Shown piece after piece: positions 1-12,719 of a DNA stretch of 64,000 bases. Below the pieces are notes generated by a model, which was not told where the DNA came from, did not search any database, and was given only the letters and a program-made list of their open reading frames with translations. The DNA lies in contig NW_027361751.1 of assembly GCF_039654945.1 (NCBI RefSeq), positions 29,450,001-29,514,000 of the forward strand, given 5' to 3'. Position 1 is the first letter of the stretch. The number at the start of each line of letters is the position of its first letter. The position numbers were made by a program, and so were the translations under genes. The stretch is from Dendrobates tinctorius. Lineage: Eukaryota.

Positions 1-279
1 CAAAATTCCTCCTGACATGTGCGCAAACCTCATCATCAACAACAAAAAACGTCTGACTGCTGTGCTTGCCAACAATGGTTTTGCCACCAAGTATTAAGTC
101 TTGTTTGCCAGAGGGATCAAATACTTATTTCTCACTGCAAAATGCAATGTGATTTTCTTGATTTTATTTTTGATATTCTCTCAATGCTAAAATTAATCTA
201 AATTATAGAATGCTTATGTCTTTGTCAGTGGTCAAATATACAAAATCAGCAAGGGATCAAATAATTATTTCCTTCACTG
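1..279 (+). mobile_element. Tc1-like transposon, 3' end and right TIR (family of the 59675-61173 copy)
   Basis: Highly similar to 60884-61173; ends ...TTCACTG followed by TA (280-281), abutting an L2 fragment. Confidence 0.85.
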
Positions 280-745
280 TAGATGGTACAGGAAGCCATA
301 GTATTTTATGAGTTGTCCCAGGCCAACAGTGTAAATGGAGAAGAGTACAGGTCCTAGGACAAGAGCCTTGAGGGACACCAACAGAGAGAGGGTGAGATGA
401 GGAGGTAGTGTGGGAGTAGGAAAGGCTAAATGTGCGGTTGGAAAGGTATGAGGAGATCCTGGATAGGGCAAGGTCTTTGACACCAAAGGAGGAGAGGATC
501 TGTAGTAGGAGGCAGTGGTCAACTGTGTCGAAAGCAGAGGACAGGTCTAGAAGGAGGAGTATAGGGTATGGTCTGCTAGCTTTGGCTGTAAGTCTTTGGT
601 AATTTTGGGCAAGGCAGTTTCAATGGAATGGTGGGGACGAAAGCCGGATTGTAGGTTGTCGAAGAGTGAGCTAGATGCTAAGTAAGAGGAAAGGTCAGCG
701 TGGATGTGCTGCTCAAGGAGTTTGGAAGCAAATGGGAGAAACAAG
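280..745 (-). mobile_element. L2 LINE reverse transcriptase fragment
   Basis: Minus-strand FDNLQSGFRPHHSIETAL..KIT and LGPVLFSIYT motifs; homologous to 19870-20330. Confidence 0.85.
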
Positions 746-2393
746 TATGAAAAATATGAGCAGCAAGTCGTTCTTAAATATAAATGGATTTGTTAAATCT
801 TTTGAGCATTTTCTGGGAGTTTTTTTCAGGCAGAAATGCCGGACGAAAGAGACATTGTGTGAACATATCCCTATGGGGAGAGAGATGGATTCTCGTAAGA
901 ATTGGTTAAAGGTTTCACAACACAATCTCTGCTGACTTACGGCACTGATCGCACTCGTGAAGGACACTTCTGGGTGGTTGCTAAATTGCGGCAATCAACA
1001 GGATGCTAAGATTATTCAAAACGAGCAAACAATTTAGTCAGTAACCAAGAGACTAGCGTGAAGTGACAGAACTTTTGTGCTTTTTGAGCACAGCGACTGA
1101 TTTGTAAAATAAATGATCTCTTTAGTGGCTTCTGTAAGACGCCGTCTCTTTAAAGCTCAGCTTGACACAACCTTAGTGCAGAAATTACTATGTGCGGATT
1201 TGAGGGAAGTTGGGATCATTTCTGAGGGAGTCAGCGGGATACCCGGCTCATGATTAATGCCCTCTATCAGCGAGGATTATTGAAAGTCTTTGATGACAGG
1301 TCTGTACTGTAACACTGGCTTCAAATGGTAGATGGTTCAACGGCTGAGATGTAAAGTAATACCATTGTATCACTTCACATCACACAAGTGCTGAAAAATT
1401 AGAAGACACAAAAAAAAGGAATAAGAAACAGGAAATTCGGTGAACTTACTGCTTAAAAAAAGTTGTACTGTAAGCGTGAAGATATATGTTCACATTTAAT
1501 CAGAGGTCCAACCATTATTATGTCTGCATATGGGATGGTGCTCTGTTAGGGGCCATCAGATTGTGGCTGTCTATAGTCTCCACTAGGGGGAGCTGACTGA
1601 AGACTGATCTCCAGAACTTCCTGCTAAACTTGTAAAATACCTTATCTCTGAAATGTGGCTTCTTTTTCCACTGGTGAGACACTTCTCCTCCCGGCTCGAA
1701 GCAGGGGCAAAGAGAAGTAGTGAAATACACACATAAGATGCTATCGTTTTCTAGTAAGGGTGATATCTCACTCCAGAGCTGTACTCACATCTGCACTGCT
1801 CAGTATATATGCTGTTGCTACTGCTTGTAAGGGAGTACTATAGAGATATAACGAAATAGGATCTCCTCATGGATCTGTGCACTGAATATGGATGACAATA
1901 TAGCAGATAGTCTACACCCACTAGCTCAGGGACAAGAGCAGTAACAATCCAGGATATAAGTCATATGATGGAAAGAAATCGCTTTATTCTTTAGGTACTC
2001 AGATAAATCTGAAGGTTACCTGAAACTGCAGGTATGCTTTCAAAGGGATTTTTGACTACTATAATGAGGTTTTGGTCATCGATATCAGATCAGTGGAGGC
2101 CTGACAAGAGGCATCCCCACGGATCAGCTGTTATCAGACGGATGTGAACGGCACATGGAGTGTAACACTGTGGCTTCTTCTCACTCTTTAGTTGCCGCTC
2201 CTGGCTACAGCAGGTCAGCCCCAACAGGCTATTCATGTACAATGTGGACGGCCACTCGTTTGATATTAGGCACCATCTGCAGCTGTCTGCTGCTGGTCTG
2301 AAAAGTCAAACATGCAAAAATCAAATGATCGCCACTTCTGACATTTAAAGAGCTCACGTAGTGGAAGAACCCCTTTAAGGAACCTAATCTTAA

Positions 2394-2795
2394 AGGAATC
2401 TGTCAGCAGGTTTTTGCTACCTAATCTGAGAGAAGCACAATGTAGGAAAAAGAGCTTCCTGCAATGTATCATTTAGTTAACTGGATGTAACAATTGTGAT
2501 ACAAGTTTTTAGCTGAAGCATGTAGCAGAGCTCAGAAAGCTGCACCCACCAATTCCACAGTTTTCTATGTATACTGTCTATTGACAGTGAGCAACTAATC
2601 AAAGCTGGGGGTGGAGTTGGACCATATCTCAAGCAGGCACCAGTCTGGGCAGCGATAATCTCCTGCTAATAAAACACTCATTGTATTAAAACAACAGCAT
2701 ACATCCTAATAAGTGACACATTGCTGAAATTAGTGTCTCAGACCCTACTTCATGCTGCCCTCAGATTATATAGGAAAAACTTCTGACAGATTCCT
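2394..2795. mobile_element. T2/Kolobok-type MITE
   Basis: TTAA|AGGAATCTGTCAG ... CTGACAGATTCCT(T)|TTAA terminal inverted repeats. Confidence 0.7.
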
Positions 2796-4480
2796 TTTAA
2801 AGTGGATGTGCAGGTAATAAGTATGAAATAATGATGAATCAATGAATAATGAAGGTCATTACCAGAAATGACTGAAACTGAAATCGTACATGCAAGTCTG
2901 CGGTTGCACTTAGCCAAGCCTTTATGGTTAGGATTTCATAAGCTCTCACTCACCAGATGGAGGTCAAAAGTGTGTTCTCTTGGCCGCCATCTTTTTGGTA
3001 TGTCAGCGTACGTACAAAGGAAAAAGAAGAGGGCAGCAGACGGCACTTTCCTATACAGACCAGTGCAAAAGACATATGTGAACTGCAAATACTGCAGAAA
3101 TACAGATCTCCAGAGGCCACTGTCAACCATGCCCATTGATAAGGTATATGGACAACGATGGTCTGGGGTTGCCACGGCATGTGTCCATAATAGGGCTCCT
3201 TTCATGGCAACCCTAGACATTGGCAATCGTCATCTGTACACCCTATAGGCGTGTAGCGTCTGTGGACCCCAGAGCTACGTGTCGTTTCTGCATATTTGTA
3301 TGAATTTTTAAAAACCCCATTGAGATATTTCTGTAACATAACTGGCGGGATTCTCTGCCTTCCCATTTAAACTTCCTCCACGAGCACCACACCGGAACCC
3401 GGAGTGCCGACCACTTCTTGATTTGTCCCTTAATTTAATACATCTCAGCTCTACTTATTCATATTGGCTGCGGTGTAGAAGGACGGACTGCACAAGGAGC
3501 AAAATCAATAAAACCTACAAGCAACTAAACTACCAGACAAAAACAAACAAAGGGAAACCACTGTAATTACAATTATGGCAAGTAAAAAAACTGCTCAGTA
3601 TATTATTCTCCTTATGCCTTCAGGAAGTGTTGGATACTGCACATGAAAACTATGGCTTTTTTGGGGACACTATATAATATGCCTGCTACATCTTACAGCT
3701 TTACTGCCACCTGAAGATATGCGATGCTGACGAATATATCCTAAACCAAAATAAAAAAGCGTCTCAATCCACACTGCCACAGGGGTGATGCTACCAACAC
3801 ACTGCAAACTAAACTGATTAGAAAAATACAGTGAGTATGACACAAGAGAACACCAAATATGATTTATAAGACATAACATCTTATTATTGTTACAAAAGGA
3901 TAATATACAAACAAAAGGAAACAATCACTCTATTCATGCTACCCAAACCAGCCGACGAAAGCAGGTCTGAAACGCGCGCCGGGGCGGACACACGTGTGAC
4001 TGAGCTTTCCTCTTAGTGGTGTCTCTATTAAGGTATGGTACCATTGTGTTTAATTGTCTAATACAGTGACTGTATTAATGGCTATGATGCCATGATGGCA
4101 TGATTTATTGACACCTAGCCACTTGGTGTTTATAGAGGCAATAGAAATAGACTGTATGTTATGAATACTGGTTGCTAGTATAGACAGTCACTGGTCCACT
4201 ATCTATTCATATATATAATCTCCATCTCTGCTCTCCTTCCATATGTCCCATGCACCTTTGGGCCACACATATGCACTTTTTCTTCCTCTTGCCTGTATTA
4301 ATACATATTTTATAATAATGTGATTTAATCTTTTTGATTACACTTTGGGCTCCCTGATCGTTCTTCTTTTCTTTTTCATGTCTCCAGACTGAGAGAAGAA
4401 TGAATCAGAGCCGGCTGCACAATGACAAGCAGTGATCTTTTCTCTGAAACGTTTAGGCGTTTCTCAGTATACAGTTTTAA

Positions 4481-5175
4481 CCCCTTAATGAACACCAATA
4501 CAACTTAAAACTGACCTGTGATGTAAGAGAATAGCATTCCTCTATGGGCAACAATCCTGCAGCTGTCGGCTGTACACTATAGGTGACAAATTGCGGCATC
4601 AGCCACGATCAATGTTGGCACCGATCATGGCCGTTTAACCCCTTAAATATAGAGTGTGAGGGCTTGCTCTTTAACCCCCATCAGCATCCTAAGATCTTGA
4701 TCGTGTGGTCCTTGAGCTTGCTATGGCAATTCATGGCCTAATAATGGCCTTAAAGTCTTCCAGCTATAGCGGCCTGTTCAGAAGGAAGAAACGCTTAGGT
4801 GGTAAAAATACATATTTTCTTTCCTGTCATGCCACTTTGCACTAATTTCTGAATAGCACCAGAAGGGTTAATAAACTACCTGAAAGCAATTTTGAATACA
4901 TTGAGGGGCACTGATTTTAAAATTGTAATCTGGATTAAATGGATAATCATTCCAAGTTTGAAAATTATTAATTTTTTGGACATTTTTGTCAAATTTGTAA
5001 TATTTTTATAAATAAACACAAAACATATCAATCTAAGTCTATCATTATCTTAAAGTATAATGTGTCACGAAAAAACAGTCTCAAAATCACTGGGACATGT
5101 TAAAGCATTCCAGCGTTACTGCTGCATAAAGTGACAATGGTCAGCTTTAAAAAATTTGGCCCGGTCACTAAGAGG
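4481..5175. mobile_element. piggyBac-like non-autonomous element
   Basis: TTAA|CCCCTTAATGA ... TCACTAAGAGG|TTAA; a related terminus occurs at about 62276. Confidence 0.6.
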
Positions 5176-5995
5176 TTAAAAATCTGGACAAGGACCATAG
5201 CTGGAGACTAGGCTTGTTCGGTGGTGCCCCGGCAGCTTCAAGTGTCTGACAGATCTCTTGCATGTGTGTACATTATCTGCATCAGCACAGGGAAAAGCCG
5301 GCCAAGGGTAGCATCAGACTAGAAGCCATCTTCTGAAGTTCCGGTCATGCGAGGTGCACTTCTGAAGAAGGGAAGCGTACACCCGGCTTCAGACACGCAC
5401 TGATGCTGCCGAAATGAGCGGCGCACATGCGCGAGATTTGCAGGGGCTGGTGATAACATAATTTGCAGGAGCTGTTGTCATCAGGCCCACAGGGGCGTGA
5501 TAACATGGAAGGAGGGCTGACTAGTCTGGGGCAACTAACTAGTCAAAGACCTCATTAGCAAGTCAAACGGCGACAATATAAATGCTTTTTAAAGCATAAT
5601 TTTTACCTAAACAACTTATACAGGGCTTGTTAGGCAAGGAAGTTACTGATACATAAGTGAATGGTGCTCGGTTGGAGGGCATGCGGGACTTAACAGGTTC
5701 CCTTTAAGTGAAAGTGCGAGACTTTCTCAATTATATATTTTACATAGAGTTTATAAAAACCAAGAGTTTTTTAAGAAACTTGGAATTATTCAGGATGCCA
5801 CTTGTCCCAGGTGTGGCACAGACCAAGCCGATGATCCACATGATTTGGTCCTGTCCGAAACTTCATCGATTTTGGTCTGGGATACTGGACCTTCTAAATA
5901 ATATATTCAATACTAACATACCCAAAGACCCTAAGACATGTATACGTATCCTTGGCTATGGAGAAGAATTAACAGTTGACGTGTTTGGTAAATCA

Positions 5996-7052
5996 TAAGG
6001 ATAAGCGAGTATATTCGTAAGGATTCGGTACTCGCAGTGCTCGAATCCTGGCGAGTAAAATTCACTACTCGCCTCGCAATATTCGGCACAGCCCGCACAG
6101 TCCCCGCACAGCCCGGCACAGTTCCCACACAGCCCGGCACAGTCCCGCACAGCCCGGCACAGTCCCCGCACAGCCCGGCACAGTCCCCGCACAGCCCGGC
6201 ACAGTCCTCGCACAGCCCGGCACGGTCCCCGCACAGCCCAGCACGGTCCCCGCACAGCCCAGCACAGTCCCCGCACAGCCCGGCACAGTTCCCACACAGC
6301 CCGGCACAGTCCCGAACAGCCCGGCACAGTCCCCGCACAGCCCGGCAGTCCCCGCACAGCCCGGCACAGTCCTCGCACAGCCCGGCACGGTCCCCGCACA
6401 GCCCGGCACGGTCCCCGCACAGCCCAGCACGGTCCCCGCACAGCCCAGCACAGTCCCCGCACAGCCCGGCACAGTCCCCGCACAGTCCCCGCACAGCCCA
6501 GCACAGTCCCCGCACAGCCCGGCACAGTCCTCCCACAGCCCGGCACGGTCCCCGCACAGTCCAGCACAGTCCCCGCACAGCCCGGCACAGTCCCGCACAG
6601 CCCAGCACACCCCCGCACAGCCCGGCACAGTCCCGCATAGCCCAGCACGGTCCCTGCACAGCCCAGCACAGTCCCCGCACATTCCAGCACAGTCCCCGCA
6701 CAGCCCGGCACAGTCCCTCACAGCCCAGCACACCCCCGCACAGCCCGGCACACCCGCGCACAGCCCAGCACACCCGCGCACAGCCCGGCACAGTCCCGCA
6801 TAGCCCAGCACAGTCCCGCACAGCCCAGCACAGCCCAGCACAGTCCCGCACAGCCCAGCACACCTACGCACAGCCTGGCAGTCCCGCACAGCCCTGCACA
6901 GTCCTGTACAGCCCTGCACAGTCCCACACACACACAGCCCATTACTCGCATTTCCCATAGTCTTACATTGGACTCGCTACGAGTCCCCGAGTATTAGGAG
7001 CTACTCATAACGAGTACAGCGAGTCGAGTATTTCATTACTGCCTCATCCCTA
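5996..7052. mobile_element. hAT-type non-autonomous element carrying a minisatellite
   Basis: TIRs TAAGGATAAGCGAG / TGCCTCATCCCTA; 8-bp TSD GTAAATCA / GTAAAACA (7/8). Confidence 0.75.
6085..6930. repeat. GC-rich minisatellite, about 20-21 bp unit (CACAGCCCGGCACAGTCCCCG) made of 10-11 bp subunits
   Basis: Directly visible tandem array; accounts for the low-complexity ORFs at 5931-6960. Confidence 0.95.
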
Positions 7053-9144
7053 GTAAAACACCTATTGGACGTCTATTGCACACAGCACGTAAATGGACAT
7101 TGTATTCGACCTTCCCACCGACCAAGAGAGTTTATTAATAACGTTAACTCGGTCATAATATGTTGAAAGTATAATTACATTAAAAGAAGAATATATGGTA
7201 AATATGAAAAATTGTGGTCAATGTGGCTGGAATTCCCAGGTGTAACACTGTCCTCTATGTTTTACAATTGTGATATATAAAATGATAATAATAATTGTAT
7301 TTGTTGTAAGTTGTTAATATGAGATGTTTGTATAACAGGGTCATCGATAATCCAACTTAAGTGCCTTTTTAAAAAAAATTAGTAAGGTCCAAGATTTTGG
7401 GGTGGGTTTCCCAAGAGCAAAAAGACAAAGCAGGACTAAGTATTGTGTAGAGTGAGCGCTAGTCTGATTTGAATCCATGTGTACGGGGGTCTGCTGGAAT
7501 CAGTAAGGAAATTCCACCGCTAAGAAAATGTCATCCCCTCATTCCTGGCCAACGTTTTCAACTCTGTTTTGTGAAACGTGGCAATGTGAAGGAGTCGGAC
7601 TCGGATTCATGTTGCTCATGGTTCGGCCATTATCAACCAGTGGACAGGTTTTATTTTGTGTGGCTTTATGACGCTGTCTGAATTAGTCGTGTATAATGCA
7701 CAAACATTTTGGGTCCTCCAGAGAGGGGACATTTCTTGTAGTTACTCTCGGATCATACATGAAAGAACCAAAACTGGTTCATACGCAGCGTTAGAAACAT
7801 AAAGCCATAGGATGGGGGGAAGAGTAATCATTGTACGTACAGCGGGCTGTTATATACCAAAAAAAGAAAGAAATAGAGGGAATAAAGGACACAAATATCC
7901 CAGCCAGTAAAACTATTGATCAGACACTTGAATATACTTATGGCGTTGTCTCTCTTGGCAGCACATTGGCATTGCCATAAACAATAATGGAAAATCATTG
8001 CTTCAATCACAGCGTCCTCCTTCTTTGGATCCACATTGTTTTTACGAGGTTTTTTGCTTCAGATTTTTACATTTCTACTGCAAATTAAGCAAATTTATTG
8101 AGATGATAGGCAGAAAGGGATATTTACTGCCATTGAGATGACTGTCTTACTGACATGCCTGCCCACGGACATTTACAAATCGCCCTTTTGCAGGCTGATA
8201 AACGAAAAAGTTCCTATTCAGAGGCAGCAAGCGGAGGTCACCAAAATGGTGGAAATTAGAAGTCGCCTAGCAAGGAGTATGGTGGTCAGATATAAATATG
8301 TCTGGGCCCAATGACGTGGCGGTCATTTATGGTCCATGGTCTGTCTCTACGATATCATGCACCCACAGACGGCCCACCGCCCAGGCCTAGTCACGCTTGC
8401 TACTCCTTGAACTGCAGTATTCATCTCATGGTCAGACTTTGCCATTGTACAAAGGACACAATTGCTGCGTTCTGGGATTTGGAGAGACATCAATCACTGG
8501 CGTAAATTACCTCAGTTTATAAAGCAACTAGTCTCAATGTAATACGGAAAGTGTGTAAGAAATGACGGCCTCGCTCTGCCCGGGATCCGCCATCAGCGAG
8601 TCTACAGTGACATCTACTGGTACCGACGTCTGTTCTCTACAGCCCGGCCCTGCAGAAATGGAGCCGGAGAATGATGAACCCACAAGTATAGAAAACTGCG
8701 GCACCTGATGACCACGGCAGATCTGTCCACAGCATGGCACCTTAAGTGGCCGATTTCACCCTTTCTGTTATTGCCGCCTTCAGGTCCTAACAATGTGATC
8801 TCACAGTTGCTTTTACATGGATTTTGACGTGGATCCGTGCCAAAATCAATATTAAAAACACTTTAAATATTCTACAAAAAAGCTGCTTATTCATTTCAAT
8901 GGGAAATCCACATGAAAGGTATTAATAAATCGCGAAGCATAAAATAAATGGAGAGACTTGGCACTTCATTTTTTATGTGGCTTTTGGAGTGTTAGCATGG
9001 AGGATTTTCAGGGGGGGGCATAAAATCTATCGAGGTTTTCAACGTAAACCCATTTCAAAAATCAATGTATTTTTTGATGAGGGTTTTCAGATCTGAAGTA
9101 ATTTTTAAACATTTTTTTTCCTAACACATTTTTGCAGTCTTTTA

Positions 9145-9706
9145 GGCTATGGTCACAAGTTGCATTTTTTTATGTGTTTTTTTTTCCCACGGAAAAAACT
9201 GCTCTTTTGGAATTAAGAAACTTGCCTCAAAATAACAGATTTTGCTTCATTTCTGTTGCGTCTTTTGCTGTTTTTGGATGCGTTTTTGTCAGGTTACATT
9301 TGTCTCTTGTCCATGCTGAAAAAGTTTATTGCAAAAAAAAAAAAAAAAAAAAAAAATACCTGAGTCTACTTCATCAGGTTTTGGCAAAGAAAAAAAAAAA
9401 AAAACCGCAGCAAAACCTGATAATTGTGTTTTTGCAACCTTTTTTTTTTTTTTTTTAGCATTTTTTTGCACCATTCATTGCTTTCAATGGCTGATAAATG
9501 CTGAAAAAACAGTGGAAGAAGTGACTTGCTGCACTCTGCAAAAAAAAAACAAGGTATTGCACAAAATACTGAAGACAAAAAAAACCAAGCTATGCGCATG
9601 CCATTTCTGAAATCTTAGACTTTGCTGGTACTGTAAAACGCAGCTGAAAATTTGCATTAAAAAAAAAAAAAAAAAGCTGAAAAAAACGCAACGTGTGAAC
9701 CTAGCC
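9145..9706. mobile_element. PIF/Harbinger-type MITE
   Basis: TTA|GGCTATGGTCACA ... TGTGAACCTAGCC|TTA; 3-bp TSD; palindromic A/T-run interior. Confidence 0.8.
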
Positions 9707-10366
9707 TTATCCTTCAATGCAGAGTTTTGTGCAGATTCCGCAAGGATTCCATAGCATATGTTTAAAACGTCACTTTGATGTATCCTTGGTGCGGTTTTCA
9801 AAATCTTATGGGGGACAGCAATGTGGATTTTGACCATGCAATCGTAAGGAAAAATATTCAAAGAGTAATTGAAGCAGTTTTGGAGAAGATCCACATAAAA
9901 AAAAAAATTAATCACACTACAGCCCATTCTGACAGTGTGGCGGAGCATTACATACCAGGGGGAAACATACCAGGGGTCCGGCCAAACAATTACTCTTTTC
10001 TATTGATGTACAATTATTCTCTTACTGCTGTCTGCCGTGACACCAGAAGATTTCCATTCCTCTCACACATTTATAAAACATCATATTGCGGCAAGTCTCC
10101 AAATCAGTCATTTAGGATTGTACGAGAACGCGTCTTCCCACTATAAATTGTCAGTGATGAATAAATCAGAGCCTGCATTATGGATGAGGCCGCGAGAATG
10201 AGGCCAGATTTGGTCTTTGCACTAACACACGCTAAAACACATCACAATTAATAATTTACATTGGTTTTGTATCGGGGAAGTAGAAGATAAAACCTCGCCA
10301 TGATGAGAGGAGTGCAACAAGAAAGCAACAACCTGAGACGCATTGCACTGGAAAAATGGGACTTAC

Positions 10367-10467
10367 TTCGGAGCCACCCTTCTCCAGTAGCGATCGATCC
10401 CGTTCTTAAAGTAGAGTACGGCGAGCCATCGCACGTTCACATCCAGGGAATGATTGGTGAAGATATT
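10367..10467 (-). CDS. IPO11: Importin-11, second coding exon (NIFTNHSLDVNVRWLAVLYFKNGIDRYWRRVAP)
   Basis: 101 nt; TAG acceptor and GTAAGT donor; in frame after the first coding exon; matches the recalled vertebrate IPO11 N-terminus. Confidence 0.95.
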
Positions 10468-11619
10468 CTACGAGCAAAAACAAAGAAGCTACAGGCAAAG
10501 GAAATGCAAGAAGTGACAAAGAAATAAAGCCCTTTGCAATAGTATATTTTCCTTGTTCACACTGGTATCTTTTTTTTTTTTTTTTTTTTAGTTTCAGAAT
10601 TTTGTATTTTGCAAGGCAAGAATACCAAACTACAAGAAAAAATGTAAAAAAAAAAAAAAAAAAAAAATACCAAACTCAACACATCGAGAGTGATCAGAAT
10701 CGCTTTGAAAACATATAAAGGCCATTTTATCCAGAGTGGGGATTTGTATGCCAAGGGTGCGCCAGAGTGGGGTGCACCAAATTCATTCATACGTGGACAT
10801 TTTAATGAATTTGGTGTGTATTTCAGAGGCAGAAATGTTACTCCAGTTATTGACATTGATGCCTTAAATTTACGCTGTTTTTGTGGAGTCAGTTATACCA
10901 GTTTTGATGAATAACATCCAGCGAATAATCAAAAGATAAAATTTAACTTTTAATGCAAACAATAGTTAAAATTCCATTTAAATATAGTCCAGCACAATAC
11001 ACACACCGGCTCAATGCCGCTAATGAACAACACGTTTCAACCTATCAACGAAAAGCATTGATCATTAGCGGCATTGAGCCAGGATGTTATTCTTCATTAC
11101 TGGATTCTGCTGTGGTTGCTTCACCCTTGTCCGTGCGGAGCTCCATGAAGCAAGCTGGACATCTAGATGGACTAAAAGTGGTGAGCTGACTTCTCGTATT
11201 TTTTCAGTTATGATGCGTGGAATTTGTTAGGCCGGGCTCAAATATTGGGTGGAGTGGACTTTAAAAAAAAAAAAAAAAAAAAAAAAACTGTAAAAGGTTA
11301 GAAGAATTTAGTGGAAGTAAAAAAAATGTGGACACGGCAAACAGTTTTACATCAGATGTCTGAAACCATACGATGAATCTGCCCCATGGGGTGGAAATTA
11401 TCAAACTATCTGAGCCACTTTTTTTGGTAAAAAATAAGACGCACGCCATATCTGAGCTAAAATGTGCAACTTTTGTCACCTACTGAATGCCCCATTAAAA
11501 GGGAACCTCACATGCTGCACTGTCTGAGCTATGTCATAGAGCCGCTACTTGTACCAGGCTGGTGAGATGTGACTGATGAAGGACACCCAGGCTGCCTTCC
11601 CGCTTTCGTGCGATGGATG

Positions 11620-12719
11620 TGTGGCACCCCAGAGTCCGGTTGCCACGGTGACATTGCCTCCCTCTAAGGCATGATGTCATGCTTGGAGGCAGGGGGGGGT
11701 CCCCATGCCAGGTAACACAGTGTACATGTCAATTCCTGCTCTAGGCCAGAAAGGGGAGCTTCCTTATCAATTCTGGCCAGCAGGTGGGGTTAGTGAGTCA
11801 GAAAGAAGTCAGCTGAGAGTAAACAGGAGAGTTGTCATGGAGACGGAAGCCAGCTGGAGCTGTGACAGGACAGTGAGAGAGAAGAGTTGGCAGTTGGTCT
11901 GTGGAGAGGGAAGGTCTCTGGGGAACTAAAATTGAGTATAGCTGACCCCAGAGCGGAGCGCTGATAAAAAGGGACCCCAGAGTCCTTAGCTGGGTGGGTG
12001 CTGTACGCCCTGACAGCCGAATCTGGAGGGCAGGGGACTGCAAGCTCCCTGGCCACACTGAACACCTGAAAGCATGGCAGCAGATGAAGAGCCCGGGGTT
12101 GACAGTGAAAAGGACAGTGCCCGTGAGGGCTGACAGTGAAAAGGACAGTGCCTGTGATATAGGCTCACGCTGTCTGCCATACAGGTTAGAAACTATCACG
12201 CAGGAGAGGGCCACGGCTTAGCTACAAGCAGCAGAGACCCGAAAAGAGAGCGCAGAAGGAAGGTCCCCAACCCCACCTGGCAGCGTGGATCCCCTGAATG
12301 CCTCCAGGCAAGCCAAACTCAACCCGTCATCTGTAAACGGTACCCCAGATTGCATCTACTTTCAAGTAAAAGGTAAAGAAAACTACACCTCTCTATGTCC
12401 TTCACTTATTCTCTGCACCCCAACGTTCACCACCATCTGAACAATCAAATATATTTGCCCTGGGGCCCCGTTCTACCCGTGGGGAGCCGAACCATCTTTG
12501 CTGCGTCACCATCAGCCCCAGTGGACCAAAACCGCAGCGTTGGCCACCCATTGCCAAACACCACGGGTGGCGTCACGATTAAACACCACATAACTATTCT
12601 CTATTTTATGTTTTATGACACGGCCAGGGCCACGAAAACGGATCACGGCCCCGTGACCTCCCCCATAGAACTGTCAGATCCGATTCCTAGTACCCCACGG
12701 CCCTGGTGGGCGTGTCACA
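11620..12719. mobile_element. Solo LTR (about 1.1 kb)
   Basis: TGTGGCACCCC ... GTGTCACA termini; its start matches the reverse complement of 54000-54069; TSD not clean. Confidence 0.65.

Larger units (their letters stand above)
5730..7240 (+). mobile_element. L1/Tx1 ORF2 C-terminal remnant, split by a hAT-type insertion
   Basis: CPRCGT...HMIWSC CCHC knuckle (with frameshift) and RFWSGILDLL before 5995; ARKW...YEKLWSMW-like sequence resumes after 7052. Confidence 0.7.

Noticed and set aside
5931-6960. 250-310 aa Cys/Gly/Pro-rich ORFs on both strands
   Set aside because: Translations of a stop-poor minisatellite, open in several frames; no gene structure
1-10366. Next IPO11 exon (expected ALSEEEK...NFNEP.NQ)
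   Set aside because: Not found by eye; presumably left of the window, so not annotated
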